A DNA stretch of 62,959 nucleotides, counting the filler, from Octopus bimaculoides (lineage: Eukaryota), in NCBI RefSeq assembly GCF_001194135.2. It is 4 parts of 4 records of this genome, joined end to end, with 100 filler letters (N's around TTAATTAATTAA, not from the genome) between each part and the next. Parts side by side here need not be neighbours in the genome. Positions count along the whole stretch, not along the records: positions 22,881 to 36,843 come from NC_068990.1; positions 36,944 to 60,749 come from NC_068984.1; 2 more parts are not named here. One strand, 5' to 3'. The notes under the pieces are model-generated. The model did no database searches. It was not told where the DNA came from and saw only the letters and a list, made by a program, of their open reading frames with translations. Positions 23,462-36,954 of this stretch are shown here, piece by piece. Each line of letters opens with the position of its first letter. The stretch's first letter is position 1. Position numbers and translations under genes: made by a program.

Positions 23462-24414
23462 GTTTCCACGGCAAGCAATACCGGCATAACCATATCCTAT
23501 GACGCTCAGTGAAAGTCTTGTATTCAGATATTGAATTATGACGCCGGTCCTTTTNNNNNNNNNNNNNNNNNNNNNNNNNNNNNNNNNNNNNNNNNNNNNN
23601 NNNNNNNNNNNNNNNNNNNNNNNNNNNNNNNNNNNNNNNNNNNNNNNNNNNNNNNNNNNNNNNNNNNNNNNNNNNNNNNNNNNNNNNNNNNNNNNNNNNN
23701 NNNNNNNNNNNNNNNNNNNNNNNNNNNNNNNNNNNNNNNNNNNNNNNNNNNNNNNNNNNNNNNNNNNNNNNNNNNNNNNNNNNNNNNNNNNNNNNNNNNN
23801 NNNNNNNNNNNNNNNNNNNNNNNNNNNNNNNNNNNNNNNNNNNNNNNNNNNNNNNNNNNNNNNNNNNNNNNNNNNNNNNNNNNNNNNNNNNNNNNNNNNN
23901 NNNNNNNNNNNNNNNNNNNNNNNNNNNNNNNNNNNNNNNNNNNNNNNNNNNNNNNNNNNNNNNNNNNNNNNNNNNNNNNNNNNNNNNNNNNNNNNNNNNN
24001 NNNNNNNNNNNNNNNNNNNNNNNNNNNNNNNNNNNNNNNNNNNNNNNNNNNNNNNNNNNNNNNNNNNNNNNNNNNNNNNNNNNNNNNNNNNNNNNNNNNN
24101 NNNNNNNNNNNNNNNNNNNNNNNNNNNNNNNNNNNNNNNNNNNNNNNNNNNNNNNNNNNNNNNNNNNNNNNNNNNNNNNNNNNNNNNNNNNNNNNNNNNN
24201 NNNNNNNNNNNNNNNNNNNNNNNNNNNNNNNNNNNNNNNNNNNNNNNNNNNNNNNNNNNNNNNNNNNNNNNNNNNNNNNNNNNNNNNNNNNNNNNNNNNN
24301 NNNNNNNTGTTATACAACTTTGTATATAAAATAAACTTTACAAACAAACTTTTTAAAACATGAAAAAGGCAAAACTTACAGAGCCGACACGTCTACCGTC
24401 CGTCCATAGAGATA

Positions 24415-24419
24415 GATAC

Positions 24420-24492
<73 letters not shown>
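24415..24492. repeat. (GATA)n microsatellite
   Basis: Directly visible. Confidence 0.97.
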
Positions 24493-24794
24493 CTGATTGG
24501 TACACATATAGCTAGATAGCTGGATACGTGTATTTGTGGGAGTTTTAGAATCAAAGTATGTACTTATATATATATGTGATGTTTGGGTTGCCTGATCATA
24601 CGTTTAGGTGCCTGGTGTTTTCAGAAGCCTATCCCGAAAACCTACCTGCACAATGTCACAGTCAACCACTAATAACCTACACAGCTCAGCTTCGTTATTA
24701 ATTAGCAATCTATTACTCTCACTCACACGAAAACAAGTCCTCACAGTTATTTCTTTTGAGGGTATTTTCAGACCTTCTCTAATAGCCATATTGG

Positions 24795-25238
24795 TTCATT
24801 TACACTGCCGTTGTCATTCACACTCCCATCATGCACTTATTTCTAACCAATTCAGTTCCTTCTTGCTGCCACTCATTGTTTTACAGACAATTACTTCGGT
24901 TTCAAGACGAAAGGTGTTCTTCCATCAGGATAATCTTCGGTCACATACAGCGAGGGTATCATTCCGAAGCTGGGGCAGTTTGAATGGAAAACAATGTCAT
25001 ACCCACCATATTCACCCGACATTTTCCCATATCATTATCATTTATTCTGCAGTCTTCAAAATCATTTGGACGGAATGTAACCCTCACTGTATGTGGCCGA
25101 GCATTATCCTGATGGAAGAATACCTTTCTTCCTGAAACCAAAATAATGGTCTGAAAAACGTGTGGCGGTAAGAAGGAACTAATTGTTTAAAAATAAGTGC
25201 ATTATGAAGATATGAATGACAATGGCAGTGTAAATGAA
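24795..25238. mobile_element. Mariner-derived foldback element or MITE
   Basis: Plus strand encodes KVFFHQDN..HTAR...FEWKTMSYPPYSPD...YHLFCSLQNHLDG; 25078-25238 is an inverted copy of 24795-24958. Confidence 0.85.
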
Positions 25239-27737
25239 TAGACCATTACTTGGCTTCTAAAATTTGATCAGATTTCATAATTTATGTAAACTAAACATAT
25301 TTGAAAATCCGGATACGTCAAAATGTCCTATATGCTAGAAATGGCAGATAAATCCACTCAATTCTGCGTTGTTTTCGTTTATAGTCAACCGAATGTCAAG
25401 TTAAGACGAAATTACTTAAATTCAAAACAAAATAATGCAAATTTCTACGAAAAACAAAAGACAAAAACAAATTGCAGTGGTACATTTACACTTGATAGGA
25501 ATGGCGAAAACGAAAATCTAGATAAATGGAGATGGAATGTTTTCAAGAATATTTGAATGTAACAGCAAAATATTAATGAATATCCTCGCAAGCAGTCAAA
25601 CAAAATCATACAGACACATATCGTCACTAGGGATGCGGCAAGACAGCCGGTTGAAAATATTTGTCTATCGAATTGGTTTCTTTTTTATGAATGTAATTGC
25701 CATTTGTAGAACTGCAATTGAATATTGATATTTTTGCAAACGGGCTCTCCACAGAGCATCGATCACAATGTTTATTCTTTCTGCTTGCATTAGCTGTAGC
25801 CAATGTATTCCATTTCCGATGACAGAAAATAGAATTGTCTGGTGGCCGGCGTTACAGATTTATGGAAAGGAGTGCAAGGTACAAACGAAGTAGCATAAAC
25901 TAGCTCTTGGAGTATTAGAGCAAACTTAGAAGCTGTTACAAACATTAGAAAAGAAATTAGTTTTGGAATGGGACAAGTTAGAAACATATAAGAAGTACCA
26001 TTGATGTTTTGTATACACTCTAAGACAGTTGATTATAAGAATTCTGTGACTTTGAGCATGGAAACATTTCTGTTGAAACATAATTAAAAACTAATTATAA
26101 AGGAGAAAAATAAAGTGACTGTATTACATTTCTTTAGTACTGAATACAGCCGTCGTTTAAGTTCCCCGTTCTCAGCTTAAATAGCAGTTTCTGCTCTCTC
26201 AGCATCACGCTCAGTTGCCTCACTTCTCTCGTTTCGATAGTACTTCCACTATGATTTACCTCACACTTCCGCTCTTGTTCTCGTTTTATATATTTTACCG
26301 TTTCACTTTTCATTTTTACGTATGAATTTATTGCAATTTGTTAGGAATTGTAATGTTATCAACATTCTTTTGTGTCTACGATCTTATTTTTATGTTCAAG
26401 TGAGTTTTGAGCTTGTTGCTTCCACTAAAGGTTAGATAAAACTAAAAGATAGACATGTTTCCTGTAGAACATATACAACGAAGAAAACAAAAGACGGACT
26501 TGTAATAGTATTTAGTAATTCTAACAATATAAGAATATATACTTTCAATATTTTTAGGATAGATATTTACGTATTGAAGAAACTATTCCTGTAGGTAATC
26601 TGTAATAAGAGAACGTCAAAATGTCCTATATGCTAGAAATGGCAGATAAATCCACTCAATTCACACAGTAATATCTTGGAACAGAAGGTATGTATTGAAC
26701 AATGCTGCAGAGAAAGACGGGATGGTCATTGCTGGCACGGCTTTCATGATAGTTCTGTTCGATCAGGGTTAGCTTCTGTCTAGACAACAACAATAATTTC
26801 AATAAACTACTGTTTATTTTTGTGATCATGAAACAAATAACTATTTTATTTCTTTTGCCGATTCTCAAGTCTTTTATCTTGGAAATATTGAAAAAATATT
26901 CATTGAATAAATAATAAATTGCAATCTAAAACTTGTTTCAAATGTTTTAATGTTTAATGGACTCTGATAACTCATATTGTTTGGAGCTCCACTTTTGTTT
27001 CAATATTTCTTTATGATATTATCTCTTATGTTATTGCAGCATTGAATAACGGCCACAACAAATGGCAACGTGGTTAACGAGTTAGGTACACCAATGAGTG
27101 TATCTCTGCATGGTTAAAAAGTGTGGTATAGGATGGGCTATATAAAGTAAGGCATTTGTCATACGTACACCGTAATTATAGCTGTCTAGGTACGGAGTTC
27201 GCTACACCAAAAGCTGTGTGGCCAAGGAATTCGTCGCACCAAGACTGTGTGATGAGGGAGTTCAACACAGACACAGTTGTTTAATTTAAGATCTTGTCGC
27301 AAATGTGGATGTATAGTGAATGAGTTCGCTTCGAAATTATGTAGTTTCAAATTGAATGCTACTACGCGAAAATATAACAAAGGATTTTTGTCTATTAGTT
27401 TCGACGAAAGAAAATATTTTTGAGGGACAATTTGACTGACAGAAACAGTTCCATTTCCTGCGTGGTGGAATTAATCCGTTGCCCAATTGAACGCCTTTAC
27501 ATACTCTTAGGGTATTTTCAAAATGGATCACTTTTACAAAAAAATTTTTCTCATCCAACTGACGTCTTCCCAATCCAACAGTCACGGAGATTCTGTAAAG
27601 TTTTATAGGCACTGTTTTTCTTCCTCCCCTATGAGGAAGCACTAATGCATTTCTCTATCTCTCTCTCTCTCTCTNNNNNNNNNNNNNNNNNNNNNNNNNN
27701 NNNNNNNNNNNNNNNNNNNNNNNNNNNNNNNNNNNNN

Positions 27738-27776
<39 letters not shown>

Positions 27777-28317
27777 CTATGGAGTATTCCGTTGCTTTGA
27801 AACATATTAAGTGAATATGAACACTGACATTTAAAAAAAATTTGTTCTCTCTTACTTGGCTTTATTTATGTATGTATATATGTATGTATGTATATATGTA
27901 TGTATGTATATATGTATATATATATATATATATATATAAAGACGTCTCTGTTATATGCTGATGAAGCGGGATATATTTGCTAGTGTGAATTTTTATTTTT
28001 AATCAATATGAATTGGATGCTTTTCCCATCGCAAGTGCCTGCAGTCACGTATGCCAGTGTCATAAACAACATAGACATACCTACCAATCTTAGATTGATA
28101 ATATACAAGTGACAATAACTATAATAACATAAACTACAACAAAACAATTAATTTACATTGTATACGATTAGAGGAGAAAATACCAACAGGATACACACTA
28201 ATGATATGTAAAGTAACTAGTGTTAATGTATAAGCTGTTAATGTATGAAACGGCTTACTGCTGGTGCACAATAAATAGAAAAAAATGGACCACTTGTATT
28301 AGAATCAAACTCTAGAT

Positions 28318-28605
28318 CAGTATTTCCCAACCTGGAGTTCACGGACCCCTATATAAGTGTGTATATATATATATATATATAAGCAAAACAAAAAAATGGA
28401 GCACGAACGTAACAGGTGACAACAAAACATTCGGATAGTTAGACGATACAAAAAGGGACAGGAAAAACAAGGACGGGTCATTCGCAGCTTCAATCTTCAG
28501 TCGAGTACCAGATCGTCTTTGCAGTTTCGTATCGGCATATTAAAAAGTGTCCATGGGAAACCTCATTTAAACGAAAAGGTTGGGAACCACTCTTGGGTGC
28601 CACTG
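28318..28605. mobile_element. hAT (Charlie-like) MITE with 8-bp TSD
   Basis: Ends cagtatttcccaacc and ggttgggaaccact; TSD CTCTAGAT at 28310-28317 and 28606-28613 fits the NTCTAGAN preference of Charlie-group hATs. Confidence 0.88.
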
Positions 28606-30194
28606 CTCTAGATAAATTTGTTTACAATTATTTAAATGCAACATTGCTCTGAATGTGTGCAGTTCTTAGTTAATATAAACATCCTTTCTATGATATCGTC
28701 GTATTCATTTCTTAACGTGCTCTTTTCATAAAATTACTTTCTACGACCAATTATCAAAGTCGTATACGAAACAAAATTGAATAAACTTTTCGTTTAATCA
28801 TTTTATCAATGTTATAAAAGTTTATTAAAATCACTGATGTTAAAAGTTGTCGAAAGAGTCCTTTCCTTTCACATGGAACACAAGAAGGAATATTTCATGA
28901 CCAATAATAAAACGAAATGAAGTGGTTCCGGACGGAGATCGAAACTAATCCACCGTAATACTACTATCGATGTTTATGAAGTAATTATTACTGCCACAAG
29001 CAGCTGTGGGATTAACACTGTTTACTTATTGTTATCGATCATGCTGTTCGGTTTGATGTATGTTTCAGTAGTTGGAGATACTTCCAGCAGCTGTTGTCTT
29101 TGAAATTGTATTCTTCGCTTCTATCTATGGTCTATAAAGCTGCTATAGTCTGGGAATTCGAAATTTGAAGCAGCTAACGTATATATATATATATATATAT
29201 ATTCATATATATATATATATGTAAGTATATATATGTATGTATATATATATATATATATGTGTGTATGTGTGCGTGTTTTTGAGTGTGTGTACCTATACGG
29301 TTCAAGTCAGGCTGATGGTGTTAGAAAATCTCAAGTAATCGTTACGTTCACTTGGTTTTCTTCAATTATGTTTGTATCGAGCTGATTTCCGGGAGGGAAA
29401 TATCGTTTTCATTGAAGCGTAAATCTCTGTAGTTAGTGGCAAAATAGACAGACACAATTAATCTACTGAAAGATTGCTCAATAGCAAGTTTCATCAACGT
29501 TGATAGCTGCCGTTGTGCATTACAAGATTTAATTTCACATTCATTGTTCGAGCTTCAGAAATATCTCTCCATTCACGCAACAAAGAATTCTATTCACCAG
29601 AATATATAAGTTATTAAAAATTATTGAAATTACCAAATAACAAGCAATGACAACTCATCACTCTCTCTATTTATATATCTTTTTCTGCCTCTAAACCTAA
29701 AACGATATTTTGTAGCCACATTATAAGACAAAATATATCCCAATACATTTCAATATCATAAGGGAATAACCTATATTTCCAATTTCCCTCTGCGTATTGG
29801 AGGTGTACATTTACATTAAACATATTTTAGTATTAATATTCTGTAATTGCGAATAATTTCTCACAGTTTTCGAGTGAAAACGCTTCATCAATTACAAACA
29901 CCATAATTTACATGCCCATAGGCATTAATTTAAACACACACATACATAAATGTATTTATACACTCCCGTTCACACACACACACACATACACACACACACA
30001 TACACACACACATACACACACACATACATACACACACACATACACATAGAAGTAGTGAGGGACTGAAAGAAAAATATTGCTGTCGATATCGACGAGAGCC
30101 TTGAAGGCGACGCTCCGAACTGGCTGCACTTCAATAGCTAATAATCAATAAAAGAATATACATATATGGGTGTGTTTGTGTTCGTTTGTTTCTT

Positions 30195-30229
<35 letters not shown>

Positions 30230-30628
30230 ACGCAAATATACTTATATATGCATATATTTATGCAACACACCCACACAGTTAATTAGTTAGTGAGAGTGTA
30301 ATTGCTGGAGACTATAGCTTAAAAACATATGTAGACAAATGTGTGCGCGTGCGTTACTGCGTGGTTCAGAATCACGCTTTGGAATCATAAGGTTTCAGGT
30401 TCATTCCTATTGCACAACACATTTCGCGAGTCTCCTCTTCTACTCTGTAGCTGCGAGCAGAGCAATACCTTTTGAATGATCTAACCACACTAATGATCAA
30501 TCACATGAACGACCTAATCACGCTAATGATCAGTCACACCACCCATCATTTTACTATGGTCATACCAAATTACTGTTTCATTTGATGGGCTCTGTTGCGT
30601 ACTGCAGTGGTTCCTTTTAGCGAAGACA

Positions 30629-30910
30629 TTAACCCATTACCTACCAGTGATCTCATATGAGATCACTTAAAATTTACAAAGTTCGTAATTATCTGTCAAT
30701 ATTTACACATATCTAACTTTTTTGCTATATCTACTAGGTATATTTCTCTGATATTCAAATGATGTTTGCTAATTTTTCACCTAATATCTCGCTTATTTCC
30801 ATTTAAAATGCTATTTTGAAATGTTATTTTGATCATTCCAGCGTGTTTCTAAGGCTATTTTATGCCAGAAATCAAAGTTTCATAAAAAAATTCCAGTTAA
30901 TAGAATTATG
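30629..30910 (+). mobile_element. Possible piggyBac-like non-autonomous element end
   Basis: TTAA-CCCATT start followed by a subterminal palindrome; it runs into an N gap and the other end is not seen. Confidence 0.35.
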
Positions 30911-33900
30911 NNNNNNNNNNNNNNNNNNNNNNNNNNNNNNNNNNNNNNNNNNNNNNNNNNNNNNNNNNNNNNNNNNNNNNNNNNNNNNNNNNNNNNNNNN
31001 NNNNNNNNNNNNNNNNNNNNNNNNNNNNNNNNNNNNNNNNNNNNNNNNNNNNNNNNNNNNNNNNNNNNNNNNNNNNNNNNNNNNNNNNNNNNNNNNNNNN
31101 NNNNNNNNNNNNNNNNNNNNNNNNNNNNNNNNNNNNNNNNNNNNNNNNNNNNNNNNNNNNNNNNNNNNNNNNNNNNNNNNNNNNNNNNNNNNNNNNNNNN
31201 NNNNNNNNNNNNNNNNNNNNNNNNNNNNNNNNNNNNNNNNNNNNNNNNNNNNNNNNNNNNNNNNNNNNNNNNNNNNNNNNNNNNNNNNNNNNNNNNNNNN
31301 NNNNNNNNNNNNNNNNNNNNNNNNNNNNNNNNNNNNNNNNNNNNNNNNNNNNNNNNNNNNNNNNNNNNNNNNNNNNNNNNNNNNNNNNNNNNNNNNNNNN
31401 NNNNNNNNNNNNNNNNNNNNNNNNNNNNNNNNNNNNNNNNNNNNNNNNNNNNNNNNNNNNATAGAAATCACTTCTGAATCATAGATAAGAACTGTTTCAT
31501 TAAACAAATATAATTATATTATCAAAGCAAAAACAGAGAATGAAGACTTAGCGACAATGTGACGAGAGAAGACGATAATAATAAACAGCAGGGGAAATAT
31601 AAATACGGATACAATCGTATAAAGAAATCTGTTTAGAGAGGAAAATAGTAAAAGATGTACAGAAAAATAAAGGCCGCATATAAGAGTCTATCTGTCTGTC
31701 TGCCTGCCTGTATTATGTATGTATGTATGTATGTATATATATGTATGTGTGTGTATGTATGTCTGTGCATGTATTTATGTGTGTATGTATGTATATAAAT
31801 TTCATGTACAAGTTATGACTTTATATAATACAGTGTTAATCACAAGAAAGATCCTGTAGTGAACGTGACTACAAATCCCATAGTATACAATTACGGAGGA
31901 TTGCATTGTGGCGTCCAACGTAGTTGAAATCCAGTAAGTCTAATCAGTGGAAATTATTTCATGAGGAATATATAGAATATTAAGTCAGGAGGTGTGAGAT
32001 AAATATATCTACTTCACCTGTTGATATTCGTAGGACGACTGCCGTTTCGCAGACAACATGGTGCCAAAAAATTTTATTTTTGTGTATAATAAATCATTTT
32101 ACATATATGCACCAGTGTGTATGCTATAAATTGCATAGTGCTATTCTACATTTTACATACGAATGCAGATATAGACGGCTAGCAGTTTAGATCAGCAGAA
32201 TATCACGGTTACACCAATTTTTGAATTTGGTTTAGTTGAAAAATTAATATAACCATGATATTCTGTTGATCTGTAGAGCTACCTTTCTATATCTGCATTC
32301 GTTGTAAAACATACAATAGTAATATGCAATTTATAGCATACACATTAGTGCAGGAATGAAGACTAATTTATTATACACTAAAACAAATTATTTTTTCATA
32401 TTGGCTGCGAAACGCCCGTCACCTTATGGCTATCAATTAATGAAATAAAAATATTCATTTCATACCTCCCGACTTTCTTTATATTCTATATATATATAGT
32501 ATTTAATATATGATATAATATATAATATATATGTATANNNNNNNNNNNNNNNNNNNNNNNNNNNNNNNNNNNNNNNNNNNNNNNNNNNNNNNNNNNNNNN
32601 NNNNNNNNNNNNNNNNNNNNNNNNNNNNNNNNNNNNNNNNNNNNNNNNNNNNNNNNNNNNNNNNNNNNNNNNNNNNNNNNNNNNNNNNNNNNNNNNNNNN
32701 NNNNNNNNNNNNNNNNNNNNNNNNNNNNNNNNNNNNNNNNNNNNNNNNNNNNNNNNNNNNNNNNNNNNNNNNNNNNNNNNNNNNNNNNNNNNNNNNNNNN
32801 NNNNNNNNNNNNNNNNNNNNNNNNNNNNNNNNNNNNNNNNNNNNNNNNNNNNNNNNNNNNNNNNNNNNNNNNNNNNNNNNNNNNNNNNNNNNNNNNNNNN
32901 NNNNNNNNNNNNNNNNNNNNNNNNNNNNNNNNNNNNNNNNNNNNNNNNNNNNNNNNNNNNNNNNNNNNNNNNNNNNNNNNNNNACACACACACACATACA
33001 CACACACACACAAACACACACATTGAGTGGTAAAATTGAATCAATATTAAAATTTCTGCTACAGGGGTTACGACATATTGGCAGTTGATTTAGTACGGAC
33101 GAATGTAAATATTAATAAAATGCTATATTTTCGAAGGTATATCGTCAGAATTTAAATGCAAATTATAACACCATTTTCTAATTTCTTACATTACTCTATA
33201 CTTTTCCGAACCATTTCTACTTTTTATTCCTTTTCACATATTTACCATTTAAAAAAAAAAAACTTACTTTCATAGCTTTAACACTCCATGAAATTCTTTG
33301 TACTCATATCCAATTTACTCTCTAAGTATGTCTCTTTCTCTCTCACTTATTCACTTTCATCATTTTCTTTACTCGCCCATGCTACTAGAAGTTTTCTGCT
33401 ACACATCACTATCTCCCGTGTTCTTCGTTTTCATCTATTTTCTTTCCTTTACTTCCATATCTTATTCTCCTTTTATATCTCAATTTATCTAACCTTTCTT
33501 GTCTTCGGTATTCACTCATTCTTACTCACCGTTTTATCCCCCTTCTTATAACACTATATTTGTAATTCTCTCATTATTACTTTGCCTCGCAACTTTCCTA
33601 TAACTAATATTTCTCCACATCTTCCTCATATTCCTTCTCATCACTTCCCTCTTTCCTAATTTTCCTTCTCCTCTTCCCTCTCCTCAAGCTTTACGACAAT
33701 CCCAATATGCTCTAAAATTTTGTTTTAATTTTTACATCACATGAATTAAATTTCTGAATATATTTTAATGAGTGTTCACTCGTTACTCTTCATAAGAACA
33801 AAAATTAATATTCAATCATGATTTTATTGAAGCAAAGAGTGATAGGTCACTCTAAATATAACTAATTTACCGACTATCTTCTGCACTGAAAGGTCAAGCG

Positions 33901-36802
33901 TTGGGGTCAAGAGATTAGCATTAATATATTGCTTTTAATTAGATAGTACGTCACCCTTAACCAAACAGAATTTGAAATATATTAATTCAATCAGACTTTC
34001 GAGAACAATCTATAAGTGATTGCTGTTTAGGATTAACTTTGCTAAGTTGGCTGTGTTGTGTAATGGCGAGCAAGATATCAATTCTCAGACGGACCGTATC
34101 AATATTGATTCCAAGCCGAAACTAATTTACGCTTCATTTCACCTAGGTTAATAATGTACTTGCGTGAAAGCATGGGCGATATAAAATCTCATTCTGTTCT
34201 CTTATTCATTTGTTACTTCCTGTCTGTGAGGAAACTGGTGGTGATGCGGTGATGGTTACACTAAGGTTATATGCTGGCCTCTTGTTGCAGTTTAACCCTA
34301 CGTCAGATCTCATCGAGAAGTATTACGATCGAAATATACAAACACTGACGACCAGCACGAATTTTATACATATACGAGTGACTAAATGATACAATTTTTC
34401 TTGACCATGAACATCATGTAGTTCTTGTGATAGATTTGGAGCTGCTATTACTAGCGTGCATGTCTGATATCATACTAACACGGTCATATCTGTGTACCGC
34501 GCTACATTGTAATCAATCAAACATACCCATTAGAATACTCATAAATGTGAGATAAAATATTGATTATTGGTTGTTATTACTGTTGTTATTTCTATTGTTT
34601 AGTCCCATATCATATAGATATGATGAAAGAAGTAAGATGAAAGAAGTAAAAGTGTAAAAGAGTATATGTAAATTTATATATACATACACGCAAGCACAAA
34701 CAACCAGACACACAGGCGCGCACACATGGAATTACAAAGAAAATGCACCATATACCGAGACAGTTTGCGTAGCTGATTAGAGAATGAAGCTTTTTTGAAT
34801 AATAACTCTTTAACGTTGCTTATTAATGGAAAAGTTAGAGAAGCGAAGGGTTGACACGATATGTAAGAAAATCATTCGTAAATGCATCTAAATGTGGGTA
34901 CACATCTAGATTTGTGCGGTGTAAAAAAAAACCAAAAAGTTCACAAAGATACGAACTTTAGATATTCATCTATTCAACTGTTGTGTGTGGAGGCGTGTTA
35001 TATTTGTTTATTCACATGCAAATCACTTGACAATTTAAAGAAATTTATTATCACCTGTGTACAATATGCAAAGGTAAGGAAGGTGCATACTTTGTAAATA
35101 AGTTGAGTGCATATCAAAAGTTGAATATCGTCATCATTAACGTATTGTAAATAAAATATTTACGGAATATTCCAATTTAACGCGGTATTTATTTGGAAAC
35201 TTCACAATGAGTATTGATGTAAATATCTGCTAATTTCAACAATATCGTTCATTCTTTTCGAATTTTGAAAAGGCTGTAATAGTATGCTTTTCATTATTGA
35301 AAGACTACAATGACAAATTGTAACGCCATTAAACATGCATCTTTGCATGTGTGCTTGTGCCTTGTGCTTTTCAGTCATCTGATGCAGGAGAGATGAAAAT
35401 ATCTAATGGTTTTGCAAGTGGAATATCTAACTTATTCTGTGTATAAAGAGTACAAGTACACAGATGACTGCATGGCGGATTTTCTATCGACGATTTCTTC
35501 AGCTCATCATATTTCAAAGGGCAGTTGTATTTGGATAGACTGATGAAAACCTTTACTTACATAATGTCACATTACTGCCCTTCAGCGAGCATTTGCATAT
35601 TCAGCAAGCTGCAACATATATTTGTGTGGGGGTGTGTTTGTGTGTGTGTATATATATGTATATCAATGGTTCAGAAGAGAATGAGCAGTACCCATAAACA
35701 TTTTAAACGTCTCCGAGCTTAGTTGTTCCCAATCTAGGGGACTCTGTTAAAGAGAACCATTGATCTGATGTTCGTTTTAAGCTACTCACAAAATTCTGTC
35801 TCATACTCTACGACTACAGAATTGCTTAGCCTGATTGGACTCACTCAGATTTCCTCTACTAAATTCAATGTGGCGTCGGTCAAGTCGAGGTTATAAGAGA
35901 AAAGATTTGCCAAACGTGGCACGAAAGGTGTCGAACCTCTAACCATTAAGTTGCAAACTGAAGTATAAAATCACTTAGTCATAAAATCACTCAATACACA
36001 AATTTATTTTAAGCTGTATCGGTGAATTTTCTATTATATTTAATTTTTACAGTAAACAGTACATTGTAGAACAACTTCATTGAAACAATTGTTAAATAGA
36101 TATATTTCTGATGAATATTTAAAATGTTTTATTGTGAAACTCTTCAGACTTGACAGCAAATATTGACTTCCTCTCAAATATCGACGGTTATTCTCTAAAG
36201 TTGTTGCAGTCATTGGTAATATTTTATTTATTGCAACTGTTTCCCTTATTGTTAATGTTGCTTTGATCCAAGACGTAGTGAGTCCCGCAGCATTCATATG
36301 ATCGAGATTATTCCAGCCACGACCATCTTGTCTCCTTTTAAATCTACATACAGGAAATCCTTGAATATATTATCCTACACGATATAATTGAGAGAGACTT
36401 GGCTGCTGCTTCTAGCAAGTTATGTCAGCGTGTAATGGCTTACTCATAGGTCTGTATTTATAAAGTAATACTCATTGGTTATAACAGAAATATAAATTAG
36501 CACTATCAAAATTTTACGTTCTCTTAATCCATCAATATTTGAACATAGTAGTTAAATTGTGGTTTTTCATGTTTTGCTTATTTTGCACTGTTTGGCAAGG
36601 TTGTGTTTCCAAAATACATTATTAATGTAAACAAATTACTAACAACAAAATATATTACTTTGAATAAAAACTTTCGTATATACATATATACATACACACA
36701 CGCTGACATACACACACGCTGACAGGCGCACAAACACACACTCACGGATATGTATATGTATAAACTTATACAAGTATATATGTGCATATAAGTAAAAAAC
36801 AA

Positions 36803-36843
<41 letters not shown>

Positions 36844-36943
36844 NNNNNNNNNNNNNNNNNNNNNNNNNNNNNNNNNNNNNNNNNNNNTTAATTAATTAAN
36901 NNNNNNNNNNNNNNNNNNNNNNNNNNNNNNNNNNNNNNNNNNN
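36844..36943. other. Artificial scaffold spacer
   Basis: 44 N + TTAATTAATTAA + 44 N. Confidence 0.95.
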
Positions 36944-36954
36944 ACACATATATA

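Noticed and set aside
28480-28530. CUGAAGA on the minus strand as a hammerhead
   Set aside because: No stem II and no GAAA in the required position.
35370-35530. Open frames on both strands with splice-like signals
   Set aside because: No recognisable protein similarity and no consistent acceptor/donor pair.
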